Made by a program: the position numbers and the translations under genes. Below, in pieces: positions 49,480-59,412 of a DNA stretch of 64,000 nucleotides. Source of the DNA: an uncultured Pseudomonadales bacterium (lineage in GTDB: Bacteria; Pseudomonadota; Gammaproteobacteria; Pseudomonadales; UBA7434). The notes under the pieces were generated by a model. The model worked only from the letters and a program-made list of their open reading frames with translations. It had not been told where the DNA came from and made no database searches. Each line of letters opens with the position of its first letter. Position 1 is the stretch's first letter. The stretch lies in contig CAJQKT010000038.1 of assembly GCA_905478995.1 (NCBI GenBank), forward strand, positions 5,935 to 69,934, read 5' to 3'.

Positions 49480-50778
49480 TTACATTTTTGGCGACCAGGC
49501 AGGCTCTTGAACATCACTATTGGGCGAGGGCAGACGATACTTAAAACCACCATCAAGAGCCACTGCGGCCAACACGCCCCGCTGCTTATATTTAGTAGCA
49601 AACAGCAACATGCTGCCGTTTGGTGCAATGCTTGGCGACTCATCGAGATCGGAGCGAGTCAGCACAATAAGACGCTCAGTAGCAAATTCCTGCCATGCGA
49701 TATGGTAGGCACCATTATCGCGATGCACCATAACCATGCTCTTGCCGTCGGCGAGCACCTGCGCCGCGGCATTGTAACTGCCTCTGTGAGTAAGCCTTTT
49801 AACCGCGCCCGAATCTAAGGCAACTTGATAAATTTGAGGCTTACCGCCACGATCGGAGGTAAATACCAATGACAGACCATCGGGCGTCCAATCAGGCTCG
49901 GTGTCGATGGCATAGTGGTTCGTAATACGAGTGAGCTTTTTAGTGGCCAAATCCATTACGTAAATCTCAGGGTTGCCATCGCGAGACAATACCATTGCCA
50001 TGCGCCGACCATCGGGAGACCAAGCTGGCGCGCCGTTAAGCCCGCGAAATGCGGTGAGCTGCTGCCGAATACCGCTGGCAATTTCCTGCCTATAAATAGC
50101 CGGCCGGTTGGTCTCAAATGAAACGTAGGCAATGTGTCGACCATCGGGAGACCAGTCGGGCGACAAAATAGGCTCATCACTTTTCAATATTTCACGCGGA
50201 CGAGCGCCATCCGCATCCGCCACAATAAGACGATGTGAGCGCCCACTTGCTGGATCACCATTGACCGACACATACGCCATGCGCGTAGCAAAGACGCCTT
50301 CGATACCGGTCAATTTCTCGTAAACACTATCACTCACGCCATGCGCCAAGGCGCGCAATTCCAAAACCGTATTGGCATGTCGCTGACCCAAGACACGCTG
50401 CTGCCGATGCACATCAAAAAGGTCGAACGCCAGCTCTAAGCGCTGATTTTGCAGCGAGGTGCGGCCAATTAATAAATATTCAACACCCAACGAGCGCCAG
50501 TCACGATAAAAAACCTCCTCCTCCGAACGCGGCAACCCCAACATACCGGCACGCGGCAGCACTTCAAATTGACCGGTACGTGCCAAGTCTGCGGCAATAA
50601 TGCCAGCAAGATCGGCCCCCAGAGGTTTGCCGCGATGCTCAAACGGAACGATTGCAATTTTAGTAGGGTTATCAACGCCCTCAGTAATTTCAATGGTTAA
50701 GTCGGCATAACTTGATACAGCTAACATAACTGCACTGATAAAAAGAACAACGCGACGCAACACTACAGCCAATCTCAC
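49480..50778 (-). CDS. tolB: Tol-Pal system periplasmic beta-propeller protein TolB
   Basis: It has a signal peptide, repeated P.WSPDG propeller motifs, and a 4-nt overlap with tolA. Confidence 0.95.
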   Translation of the reverse strand: MRLAVVLRRVVLFISAVMLAVSSYADLTIEITEGVDNPTKIAIVPFEHRGKPLGADLAGIIAADLARTGQFEVLPRAGMLGLPRSEEEVFYRDWRSLGVEYLLIGRTSLQNQRLELAFDLFDVHRQQRVLGQRHANTVLELRALAHGVSDSVYEKLTGIEGVFATRMAYVSVNGDPASGRSHRLIVADADGARPREILKSDEPILSPDWSPDGRHIAYVSFETNRPAIYRQEIASGIRQQLTAFRGLNGAPAWSPDGRRMAMVLSRDGNPEIYVMDLATKKLTRITNHYAIDTEPDWTPDGLSLVFTSDRGGKPQIYQVALDSGAVKRLTHRGSYNAAAQVLADGKSMVMVHRDNGAYHIAWQEFATERLIVLTRSDLDESPSIAPNGSMLLFATKYKQRGVLAAVALDGGFKYRLPSPNSDVQEPAWSPKM

Positions 50779-51479
50779 AATCTTAAATCCTCGGGTCTAA
50801 AAGCAATTTCAATATTACGGAAGTGTTTTTCGAACAACTGACGGGGCATGCCTTGCAACATGTCAAAACGACCCACTTTTTGAACGGCCAGCGAGGCCGA
50901 ACGATCGAGCGCCGCATTGCCGCTGCCCTCTTTGATATTGACACTCACCACATCACCATTGGGTACTAACTTAATCGAAAGCAGCACCTGCATATGGTTA
51001 CGCGCCGAAGGCGGCCGATTCCAGCGCCCAATGATTTCAGTACTCATGGCGGCTACATAACGCGCCACTTCATCTTGCTCTCGGTCTTGTGCTAATTGCC
51101 GATCTTCATCATCTAGCAATGCATCGAGTAACTGGCGCTCGACCACAGCTGGCGCGCTATTTAGTGGCGCTTTTTTAGGAGGATTCACCGCTGCTAACTT
51201 TTCTTTAGTCACCGCTTTCTTTGGCTTGACCACCGACACAGGTTTTTTTTGCGCGATGGGCGCCGACTTTTTCGGTTTGATTTTTTGTCGAGGTTTAACG
51301 GCGGGTTTAACTTTTTTTAGCTCAACAAGCGAGGCGCTAATGACTTTTTGTGGCTTTACCCGCTGCTTGGGTTCAGGGCTTCCAGCAAAGCCCCCCATGA
51401 CAAAAAAAGCCAGCAATAAATGGATAAAAAAAGCAGCTAAACACGGCACAACATAGCTCTGCCAATGCCCACCTGTCAT
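50775..51479 (-). CDS. tolA: Tol-Pal system protein TolA
   Basis: It has an N-terminal TM helix, a Lys/Pro/Ala-rich central region (KPKKSAPIAQKKPVSVVKPKK) and a TonB-C-like C-terminal domain. The track start at 51497 is TTG. Confidence 0.85.
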   Translation of the reverse strand: MTGGHWQSYVVPCLAAFFIHLLLAFFVMGGFAGSPEPKQRVKPQKVISASLVELKKVKPAVKPRQKIKPKKSAPIAQKKPVSVVKPKKAVTKEKLAAVNPPKKAPLNSAPAVVERQLLDALLDDEDRQLAQDREQDEVARYVAAMSTEIIGRWNRPPSARNHMQVLLSIKLVPNGDVVSVNIKEGSGNAALDRSASLAVQKVGRFDMLQGMPRQLFEKHFRNIEIAFRPEDLRL

Positions 51480-51540
51480 CGCCACTCTACTCAACAAGTT
51501 TTATGTCCTACTGCGGCTGTCGCCGACATACTAATCACTT

Positions 51541-51969
51541 TTATGGCGTCTCGGTAACCAAACCTACGGCAGGCGCGCCCGCACCCTGCAAAGATGTCAT
51601 CAAGCTGACCACCTCGCCATAAGGAATATTTTTATCGCCCCAAACAAGTACAGCTGTTTCAGGCTTCTGCACAAGGACCTTAGCCACTCTATCGGTCACG
51701 CTAGCCAGTGTTACCGGGCTATCTGGCTTGGCACCTAAATTAAGATATAGACTGCCGTCCGCCTTGATCGAAACAATTAACGGCTCATCTTTAACCGCAT
51801 CGATAGGCGTCGACGGGGCCTGCGGCAACTCCACCTCAACACCTTGCATCAGCAACGGTGCAGTCACCATAAATACGATCAGCAGCACCAATGTCACATC
51901 GATATACGGCACCACATTGATTTCAGCAATCAACTTGCGTCGTTTTTTATACCGACTTTGACCCTGCAT
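51541..51969 (-). CDS. tolR: Tol-Pal system protein TolR (ExbD family)
   Basis: It has INVVPYIDV.LVLL.IFM.T and is about 140 aa long. Confidence 0.92.
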   Translation of the reverse strand: MQGQSRYKKRRKLIAEINVVPYIDVTLVLLIVFMVTAPLLMQGVEVELPQAPSTPIDAVKDEPLIVSIKADGSLYLNLGAKPDSPVTLASVTDRVAKVLVQKPETAVLVWGDKNIPYGEVVSLMTSLQGAGAPAVGLVTETP

Positions 51970-52022
51970 ACCTTCTCACTGCCTCAATACTTTTAATTGG
52001 TGCTGCCACTGGTGGCTCGCCA

Positions 52023-52712
52023 TTAGCGATCGTTGTTATGTGCCTGACGATGCAATATGCCAGAAAACTCCTCGGCAAAGGTTTCATAACGAGACATCAG
52101 CATATCGACTCGCGCCGAGAAGCGATTGTAAGCAATGACCGCCGGGATCGCTGCAAAAAGCCCCATAGCGGTTGCAATTAACGCTTCAGATATACCCGGC
52201 GCCACTGAGGCTAACGTTGCCTGATGCGTATTAGCCAGACCTCTAAACGAATTCATAATACCCCAGACAGTACCTAACAAGCCTACATAGGGGCTAGCTG
52301 AACCGACATTAGCAAGAAACGGAAGATGCCGCCCTAGCTCTTCATCTTCGCGGGCTAATGCCACGCGCATAGCGCGCTCGGAACCGGCCATAACGGCCTC
52401 AAACTCCATTCCACTTTGCTGCCTCAGTCGTGAAAACTCCTTAAAGCCTGCGCGAAAAATAGATTCAACACCGGTAATGGTCTCTTGCTCTGCACGAACA
52501 CTTCCGGAGCGGTATAACTGGCCTAAATCGATGCCCGACCAGAATTCATCTTCAAAATCCAACAACTGCTTGCGCGCTCGGCGATAGACTGCCGCACGCT
52601 GAAAAATCATCACCCATGAAATAATGGATGCCAACATCAACAGCAACATGACGGCTTGCACTAATATAGTGGCTTCACTAATTAGCTGCCAAATAGGTAA
52701 TTGTTCGTTCAC
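52023..52712 (-). CDS. tolQ: Tol-Pal system protein TolQ (MotA/ExbB family)
   Basis: It has three TM segments and L..V.S.SPY.GLLGTVWGIM.SF. Confidence 0.93.
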   Translation of the reverse strand: MNEQLPIWQLISEATILVQAVMLLLMLASIISWVMIFQRAAVYRRARKQLLDFEDEFWSGIDLGQLYRSGSVRAEQETITGVESIFRAGFKEFSRLRQQSGMEFEAVMAGSERAMRVALAREDEELGRHLPFLANVGSASPYVGLLGTVWGIMNSFRGLANTHQATLASVAPGISEALIATAMGLFAAIPAVIAYNRFSARVDMLMSRYETFAEEFSGILHRQAHNNDR

Positions 52713-52789
52713 TTGTGCTCCCGCCTAAAAAAATCGCCAATACTGCGGCCATCAATACTGTTTACTCGTTCGTCGCCGCCAAACCCTGC

Positions 52790-53203
52790 TTAATGATGCT
52801 GCGCCGCTACAATCTTATCGATCATTTCGCTCGGCATTGCCGCCGGCTTGCCCGTACTCTTCAACACGCAGGCAACTTTGACCTCGCCTTTGCAAAGCAG
52901 TTCATCGCCACGCTCCACACGCTGCTCAAACAAAACGTAGGTGCGGCCGAATTTTTTAATGCTAGCCGTGATGGTAAGCGCATCATCTAAATTTGCTGAT
53001 GCCAGATAATCACACGACAAAGAATGCACAACAAACATTTTTTCAGCAGCAAATAGAGCCGGCTTTGAATAACCCATGGCACGGAACATATCGGTGCGAG
53101 CCCGCTCCATATATTTTAAATAATTCACGTAATACACAATGCCGCCGGCGTCAGTATCTTCTATGTAGACCCGCACGGGTATGTGAAACAATTCTATCGG
53201 CAT
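52790..53203 (-). CDS. ybgC: Tol-pal-associated acyl-CoA thioesterase YbgC
   Basis: It has the VRVYIEDTDAGGIVYYVNYLKYMERAR hotdog motif and sits upstream of tolQ. Confidence 0.9.
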   Translation of the reverse strand: MPIELFHIPVRVYIEDTDAGGIVYYVNYLKYMERARTDMFRAMGYSKPALFAAEKMFVVHSLSCDYLASANLDDALTITASIKKFGRTYVLFEQRVERGDELLCKGEVKVACVLKSTGKPAAMPSEMIDKIVAAQHH

Positions 53204-53315
53204 GGTTACAATTCACAAGTATGGGCACACATCAACTCACATCGCAGCAGGTAGCCCTGCACACACTTAATGAGTCACTGCGAGAAAAATGAAACCGACA
53301 AGACCCTCACTCCAA

Positions 53316-54353
53316 CTAATCAAAATAACCGTTGTCGGGCGGGATAATGCCAAAATGCTCATAGGCTCTTTTAGTGGCGACGCGGCCGCGCTGCGTGCGC
53401 TGTACAAAGCCCTGCTGAATTAAAAAAGGCTCTAACACTTCTTCAATCGTGCCTCGCTCTTCACTGATGGCCGTGGCAAGGTTATCAACTCCTACCGGGC
53501 CACCATCAAACTTTTCTATAATAGCCAATAACAGTCGACGATCCATATGATCAAAACCCTGCGGATCGATATTTAGGGTATTTAATGCGCCATCAGCCAC
53601 GTCTTTGCTAACCACACCGGCGTGTTTAACCTCAGCAAAATCGCGCACCCGGCGCAGCAATCGGTTAGCAATGCGAGGTGTACCTCGAGAGCGACGCGCT
53701 ATTTCGGTAGCACCCGCAGGCTCGATGTCGACGCCCAACAACTTAGCTGCACGCGTAATGATGCTGGTTAGATCGATCAGTGAATAAAACTCTAAGCGTT
53801 GCACAATGCCAAATCGATCACGCAGAGGTGATGTTAACGAGCCGGCTCGAGTGGTGGCGCCAACTAGCGTAAACGGCGGTAAGTCTAACTTTATCGAGCG
53901 CGCCGACGGACCTTCACCAATAATAATATCTAGTTGGTAATCCTCCATCGCTGGATACAGCACCTCTTCAACCACGGGAGAGAGGCGATGAATCTCGTCG
54001 ATAAAAAGCACATCACCACTTTGCATATTGGTTAGCAATGCAGCCAAGTCGCCTGCTTTTTCTAATACAGGCCCCGACGTCGAGTGCAGCTCGACACCCA
54101 ATTCATTAGCAATAATATGTGCCAACGTTGTTTTACCCAAGCCAGGCGGGCCGAATACCAGCGTATGATCCAGCGCCTCTTTGCGATTGCGCGCTGCAGC
54201 AATAAAAACGTCCATTTGCTCACGTACTGCCGGCTGCCCGCAATAATCGACCAGCTTTTTAGGGCGCAGGGCTCGATCTTGATCGACCTCTACGCCACTA
54301 TCGCGTGGTACTTGGCCTTCCTTAATTGAGACGAGTTTATCGGGTTCTATCAT
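53316..54353 (-). CDS. ruvB: Holliday junction branch-migration ATPase RuvB
   Basis: It has LRP..L.DY.GQ, Walker [18 protein letters not shown] and [15 protein letters not shown]. The track start at 54374 is TTG. Confidence 0.97.
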   Translation of the reverse strand: MIEPDKLVSIKEGQVPRDSGVEVDQDRALRPKKLVDYCGQPAVREQMDVFIAAARNRKEALDHTLVFGPPGLGKTTLAHIIANELGVELHSTSGPVLEKAGDLAALLTNMQSGDVLFIDEIHRLSPVVEEVLYPAMEDYQLDIIIGEGPSARSIKLDLPPFTLVGATTRAGSLTSPLRDRFGIVQRLEFYSLIDLTSIITRAAKLLGVDIEPAGATEIARRSRGTPRIANRLLRRVRDFAEVKHAGVVSKDVADGALNTLNIDPQGFDHMDRRLLLAIIEKFDGGPVGVDNLATAISEERGTIEEVLEPFLIQQGFVQRTQRGRVATKRAYEHFGIIPPDNGYFD

Positions 54354-54507
54354 AAAATTTAATCTGCCGTACAACGGACTTAGTCGAACTCAGTTCAGTG
54401 CTTCTACCTATCATCGCTATCTAACGCCAACGATTAATGCTCAAAATTTCTGCCTACGTTTTTTGTACTAGGCCATACAGCTTTTGCGCCTCTGCACAAT
54501 AACACCA

Positions 54508-55131
54508 CTAACGCCTCAGCGTGGCTTGTAATGCTGCCCTTATCGCGTCTTCCGCCGTATTAAGCTGATCAAAATCGAGTTGCGCGATGGCTTTGCTCGC
54601 CTCAACGGGTTTATAACCCAGTGCAATCAATGCGGTTTCAGCTTCAGCCACCAATATATTGTGCCCGCCGCCTGAGCGATTGTCATCTGCTGTGTCAAGC
54701 TCATGGTCGCTCACATCACCAGCCTGCCAATCGTGCATACGGTCTTTCATTTCAATCACCAACCGCTCAGCCGTTTTTTTACCAACGCCAGGCAAGCAGG
54801 TGAGAGACTTGAGATCGTTAGCAAGGATACAACGCGCAAAGCCCCTAACATCCATGCCCGAAAGAATAGCTAACGCCAACTTAGGGCCAACACCATTGAC
54901 TTTAATCAGCGCACAAAATAATTTTCGCTCAGCGTGGTCGGCAAAGCCATAGAGCAGCTGGGCATCTTCTCGCACCACAAAATGAGTTAAGAGTTTAACG
55001 CGTGCGCCTAGCGCAGGAAGGGTGGCAAACGTAGTGAGCGACGCCTGAACTTCATAGCCAACGCCGTTGACATCTAACACTAATGCAGGGGCCGACTTAA
55101 CAACCAACTCACCCACTAGAAAACTTATCAT
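54508..55131 (-). CDS. ruvA: Holliday junction DNA-binding protein RuvA
   Basis: It has MI..L.G......P..V.LDVNGVGYEV, HhH motifs (L..V.GVGPK.ALAILS, LP.GVGKKTAERL) and domain III. Confidence 0.95.
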   Translation of the reverse strand: MISFLVGELVVKSAPALVLDVNGVGYEVQASLTTFATLPALGARVKLLTHFVVREDAQLLYGFADHAERKLFCALIKVNGVGPKLALAILSGMDVRGFARCILANDLKSLTCLPGVGKKTAERLVIEMKDRMHDWQAGDVSDHELDTADDNRSGGGHNILVAEAETALIALGYKPVEASKAIAQLDFDQLNTAEDAIRAALQATLRR

Positions 55132-55637
55132 GATGCTGTCTCGACTGTAGTCTGCACAAGCCTGCTCAATTTAACACTGTACATATGACAAAGAGCCACA
55201 GCTAGTGCATCGGCGGCATCCTCTGTAGGTGTGGCATTTAGCTTGAGGAGTCGAACCACCATACTTTGTACTTGAGCCTTATCGGCCGCGCCAGTGCCTG
55301 CTACGGCTTGTTTGACCGATCGAGCAGCATATTCAAAGACTTCAAGCCCAGCCATGCTAGGCACTAATAGCGCCACACCGCGGGCATGACCCAAGGTTAA
55401 CGCCGAGCCCGCACTCTTGCCCACAAACACTTGCTCAACAGCCGCATCGGTTGGCTGATAATCATCGATGAGTGTTTGTAAACTGGTAAATAAGCGCGTC
55501 AGCCGCGCTGGCAAACCCGTTTCGCTAGTTAACCGAATACAACCGCTGGCAATATAATGTGGCTTGCCACGGACCGATTCAATAATGCCATAACCCGTCT
55601 TACGCGACCCCGGATCGATACCAAGAATAATACTCAT
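55128..55637 (-). CDS. ruvC: Crossover junction endodeoxyribonuclease RuvC
   Basis: It has the MSIILGIDPGSR.TGYG N-terminus (E. coli MAIILGIDPGS) and the catalytic D/E/D/D pattern. It overlaps ruvA by 4 nt. Confidence 0.95.
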   Translation of the reverse strand: MSIILGIDPGSRKTGYGIIESVRGKPHYIASGCIRLTSETGLPARLTRLFTSLQTLIDDYQPTDAAVEQVFVGKSAGSALTLGHARGVALLVPSMAGLEVFEYAARSVKQAVAGTGAADKAQVQSMVVRLLKLNATPTEDAADALAVALCHMYSVKLSRLVQTTVETAS

Positions 55638-55714
55638 AAGGACCAAAACATAGTGGTTCGTATCCATTGGCGAAAGCCGCAACAAGGCGGCCGTAGCGTA
55701 CTATTGCGCAACGC

Positions 55715-55755
55715 AAAAAAGACATTGCAGCAAGCTATTGCTCGCTGCTTTTTTT
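55715..55755 (-). terminator. Possible terminator after aspS (palindrome with flanking A/T runs)
   Basis: AAAAAA-gacatt-GCAGCAAGC-tatt-GCTCGCTGC-TTTTTTT, with one mismatch in the stem. On the minus strand the T-run begins 6 nt after the stem. Confidence 0.4.
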
Positions 55756-55779
55756 ACGCGCGCCAAGCAAGCTGCTTTG

Positions 55780-57561
55780 CTAGGCAGCCGGATCTTTTTT
55801 CTCGTTGTTGCGCAATTTAATATGCAGTTCACGCAGTTGCTTTGCATCGACCTCACCAGGTGCCTCGGTCAACACACAAGCCGCTGTTTGCGTTTTAGGA
55901 AATGCAATAACGTCGCGAATTGAACTAGCACCTGTCATTAGCATGATCAGGCGATCTAAACCAAATGCCAAGCCGCCATGCGGTGGTGCACCATACTTGA
56001 GCGCGTCGAGCAAGAAGCCAAATTTTTCGTTGGCCTCAACCTCGCTAATATCCAACAAGCGAAATACCGCTGACTGCATGTCAGCGTTGTGAATACGCAA
56101 AGAACCACCACCTAACTCGGTGCCGTTTAACACCATGTCATAGGCTTGCGACAGCGCCGCACCGGGATCGGCCTGCAATTCTTGTAGCGAACAAGACGGG
56201 GCTGTGAACGGATGATGTAAGGCCGTCCAACCGCCTCGATCGTCCTTTTCGAACATTGGGAAATCAACCACCCACAATGGCGCCCACTGGCAGGTGTATA
56301 AATCTAAATCTTGACCTAACTTACAGCGCAGTGCACCAAGCGCTTCGTTCACGATAGGCGATTTGTCGGCGCCAAAGAATACAATATCGCCATCGGCCAC
56401 TTCGAGGCGCTTCATGAGCGCCAATACGGTATCGTCGGGCATAAACTTTAGGATGGGCGATTGTAAACCGGCCAACCCCTGCCCAATATCGTTGACCTTC
56501 ACCCAAGCCAATCCTTTGGCGCCATAAATGCTTACAAATTTAGTGTAACCATCAATTTCTTTGCGGCTAATGCTAGCCCCGCCTGGCACTTTGAGCGCAG
56601 CGACTCGCCCATCAGGATCATTGGCTGGACCGTTGAATACTTTAAAGTCGACACTGGCCATAAGATCGTTCACATCAACTAGCGTCAATGGAATACGCAA
56701 GTCCGGCTTATCACTGCCATAATCGCGCATAGCCGTGGCGTAATCGATACGAGGAAATTGAGTCAGCTCAACATCTAAGCTGTTGCTAAAAACCTCACAA
56801 ATAAGTCGCTCTGCCGAGGCCATGATTTCATCTTGCCCCATAAACGAAGTTTCAATATCTACTTGGGTAAATTCAGGCTGCCGGTCGGCACGTAAATCTT
56901 CATCGCGAAAACATTTAGCTATTTGATAATAGCGATCAAAGCCCGCCACCATCAATAGCTGCTTAAATAGTTGTGGCGATTGCGGCAGAGCAAAAAAGCT
57001 GCCATCGTGAGTGCGACTAGGCACCAGATAGTCGCGAGCGCCCTCTGGCGTAGCACGTGTGAGGATAGGCGTTTCAATATCTAAAAAGCCTTCGCGATCG
57101 AGAAAACTTCGTATGGCTGATGTAACCCGGCCACGCAATAGCAACTTAGCCTGCATTTCCTGTCGACGTAAATCTAAGTAACGATACTTCAGGCGAATAT
57201 CTTCGCCCACCTCGGTATGATTATCGAGCTGAAATGGCGGCGTCTCTGACTGATTGAGCACCTGGAGCGCCTGCGCATACACTTCAATTTCGCCTGTTGC
57301 CATGTCGGAGTTTATCGTAGCCTCGCTGCGTGCACGCACCACACCTTTAACCTGTAGCACGTATTCACCGCGTACTTTATCGGCCAGTGTGAAATGCTCA
57401 CCGGCATCGGGATCGAAAACCACTTGAACAATACCGCTGCGGTCACGCAAATCGATAAAAATAACACCACCGTGATCACGGCGACGATCAACCCAGCCAC
57501 ATAAAGTGATCGGTTTGTCGATATGGGTACGAGCAACATCACCGCAGTAACTATCACGCAT
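55780..57561 (-). CDS. aspS: Aspartate--tRNA ligase
   Basis: It has the MRDSYCG N-terminus (E. coli MRTEYCG), class II motifs ([32 protein letters not shown]) and the GAD insertion domain. The track start at 57588 is TTG. Confidence 0.97.
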   Translation of the reverse strand: MRDSYCGDVARTHIDKPITLCGWVDRRRDHGGVIFIDLRDRSGIVQVVFDPDAGEHFTLADKVRGEYVLQVKGVVRARSEATINSDMATGEIEVYAQALQVLNQSETPPFQLDNHTEVGEDIRLKYRYLDLRRQEMQAKLLLRGRVTSAIRSFLDREGFLDIETPILTRATPEGARDYLVPSRTHDGSFFALPQSPQLFKQLLMVAGFDRYYQIAKCFRDEDLRADRQPEFTQVDIETSFMGQDEIMASAERLICEVFSNSLDVELTQFPRIDYATAMRDYGSDKPDLRIPLTLVDVNDLMASVDFKVFNGPANDPDGRVAALKVPGGASISRKEIDGYTKFVSIYGAKGLAWVKVNDIGQGLAGLQSPILKFMPDDTVLALMKRLEVADGDIVFFGADKSPIVNEALGALRCKLGQDLDLYTCQWAPLWVVDFPMFEKDDRGGWTALHHPFTAPSCSLQELQADPGAALSQAYDMVLNGTELGGGSLRIHNADMQSAVFRLLDISEVEANEKFGFLLDALKYGAPPHGGLAFGLDRLIMLMTGASSIRDVIAFPKTQTAACVLTEAPGEVDAKQLRELHIKLRNNEKKDPAA

Positions 57562-57702
57562 GGGAATAGAATTTGTTAAGTTGGCCAAAAATACCTCTGC
57601 TTTATTGACTTATTGGCACGCCCCGTAGCCATATCACATAGCATCTAGGTCGCAATTATTACCTGGTCGCGACTAACCAAAGTAGCCTCTTGACCCTGCA
57701 TT

Positions 57703-57744
57703 GTATCTAATTAAGCGTATCTAACTAAGCGCATCTAACTGCAT
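57703..57744. repeat. Three tandem 14-nt imperfect repeats upstream of aspS
   Basis: GTATCTAATTAAGC / GTATCTAACTAAGC / GCATCTAACTGCAT, read directly. Confidence 0.85.
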
Positions 57745-57894
57745 ATATTTAACGATGCTCGCTCCAACACTACCCGCCTTGTGCAGATAGCTTTTGAACA
57801 AAAAGCCATTCCAGACAGTGCTGCTTATATCGAAAGCATAAACCTAAATTGCCGCACACTATTGGAATAACAACACCTCAAGGGTTAGCTCTGC

Positions 57895-58221
57895 TCAGCT
57901 ACCAACCGACTTATTTGCAGTGGCTGGCTTAGCAGGAGCTTTATCAGCCGCGCTTGTGGCCCCCTTGCTATCTGCTCGGCCGCCCTTGTCCGCCGTATCG
58001 CGCTTTGCTTGTGCCCCGCTATCAGCAGGGGCACGCCCGTTATTTTTAAAGTCTGTTTCGTACCAGCCACTGCCTTTCAATTTGAAGGAAGCCGCCGAAA
58101 CGAGCTTAGTTAACTCTGGCTTGCTGCATTGCGGGCAATCCAGCAAAGGTGCATCAGCCATTTTTTGCAGCGCATCAAAATAATGCTCGCAGGCTTTGCA
58201 CTGATACTCATAAATAGGCAT
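57895..58221 (-). CDS. FmdB-family putative regulatory zinc-ribbon protein
   Basis: It has MPIYEYQC..C.H.F......M.D.....CP.C (CxxC...CxxC) followed by a low-complexity tail. Confidence 0.8.
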   Translation of the reverse strand: MPIYEYQCKACEHYFDALQKMADAPLLDCPQCSKPELTKLVSAASFKLKGSGWYETDFKNNGRAPADSGAQAKRDTADKGGRADSKGATSAADKAPAKPATANKSVGS

Positions 58222-58694
58222 AAAACGTTGCCACCCTCTCAAATAACCTCAATTCAATCGCCAGGCCTGAAGACACCGCCTAAACCAATCGGGTGCGCGG
58301 CTCTTGCCAACCCGTTTACTACCCACAAGCCCTTTTGGCCTATGAACAACCGGGAAATCTCAATGCACTGCGCATAATGGCGGCGATTATAAACTAATTT
58401 AACTGCCTGCTTCATACTGGGCATGCAATAAAAGCACACAATTAAGCAGCCCGACAAAGGAATTACGCATTAGCGGCTACTAGCTATCTAGTCAAATTGA
58501 CCCACACTTTCAAGCCTCACCCACTCTACCCAAGCCAGTTCAGATCACCGCTACCTAAAGAACCAAGTGCTTTATAAATCTAACGGCAGCAAAGATAAAC
58601 TAACAGCAATCGTTAAATTAGCTTATTTATTTTCATCAAACAGACAAAAAATCATTTAATTCGCATAAAAGCCGTAAAAATAAGTGTTTTTTTG

Positions 58695-58723
58695 ATTGCT
58701 TGCGCCCAATCTTTTCGCTATAT
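58695..58723 (+). promoter_or_regulatory. Candidate sigma-70 promoter for the tailed HU gene
   Basis: TTGCTT (58695-58700), a 17-nt spacer, then TATATA (58718-58723). This would give a leader of about 165 nt. It is pattern match only. Confidence 0.3.
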
Positions 58724-58893
58724 ATACATCTGCTGAATGCGCTGACCGATGAGCAACGCCGCACTGAAGGTAAAATGGCTCTGTAATACTAGAGTTCTTT
58801 ACTAAGGGGCGCTGAAAAAAAACCAATTGGCATTGCACAAGCAGGAATCGATTTAAAAACTACTGTTTTCTAACCTCACGAGGAATTATCACC

Positions 58894-59301
58894 ATGGCTG
58901 CTAAAAAATCTGCAAAAAAAGCACCCGCTAAAAAGAAAGCTGCAAAAAAAGCACCAGCTAAAAAAGCACCAGCAACTAAAAAATTAACCGCTGTAAAAGC
59001 ACGCTTTAGCAAAACTCAAATTCTCACTGAGCTTGCAGAGAGCAATGACCTAACTCGGAAGCAAGTTAGCAGCATTATCGATGATCTTTCAGATATTATC
59101 GAAAGACACGTTAAAAAAGGCGCTTGTGGTGAATTCGTTCTGCCTGGCTTACTTAAAGTCAACACAGTGAAAAAGCCTGCTAAAAAAGCACGTAAAGGCA
59201 TTAACCCATTCACTGGCGAAGAAACTGTCTTTAAAGCGAAGCCTGCGAGCATTGCAGTTAAAGTACGTCCGCTGAAAAAGCTCAAAGAAATGGCTGGCTA
59301 A
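58894..59301 (+). CDS. HU/IHF-fold DNA-binding protein with an N-terminal Lys/Ala/Pro-rich histone-H1-like tail
   Basis: Residues 1-30 read AAKKSAKKAPAKKKAAKKAPAKKAPATKK. The rest is an HU fold (..K.QI...LAE...L..KQV....D.L...I..H.KKG..G.F.LPGLLK......PA...R.G.NPFTGEE..F.AKPAS..VK.RPLK.LK). Confidence 0.85.
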   Translation: MAAKKSAKKAPAKKKAAKKAPAKKAPATKKLTAVKARFSKTQILTELAESNDLTRKQVSSIIDDLSDIIERHVKKGACGEFVLPGLLKVNTVKKPAKKARKGINPFTGEETVFKAKPASIAVKVRPLKKLKEMAG

Positions 59302-59330
59302 GTTATACCGCACGCTTTTAAAGCACAAAG

Positions 59331-59367
59331 AGCCGGGGCCGAAGTTATTCAGCCTCGGCTTTTATTT
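59331..59367 (+). terminator. Probable rho-independent terminator after the HU-like gene
   Basis: An imperfect stem (GCCGAAG...CCTCGGC) is followed by TTTTATTTAT. Confidence 0.45.
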
Positions 59368-59412
59368 ATCTGAAGTACCCCTTATTTAGAACCATTGCCG
59401 GATGTACCGAAT

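Noticed and set aside
58243-58893. AT-rich 650-nt region as a replication origin
   Set aside because: No cluster of DnaA boxes (TTATCCACA/TGTGGATAA) is visible, and there is no adjacent dnaA, dnaN or gidA. An isolated TATCCAC word at about 15165 is also a single occurrence.
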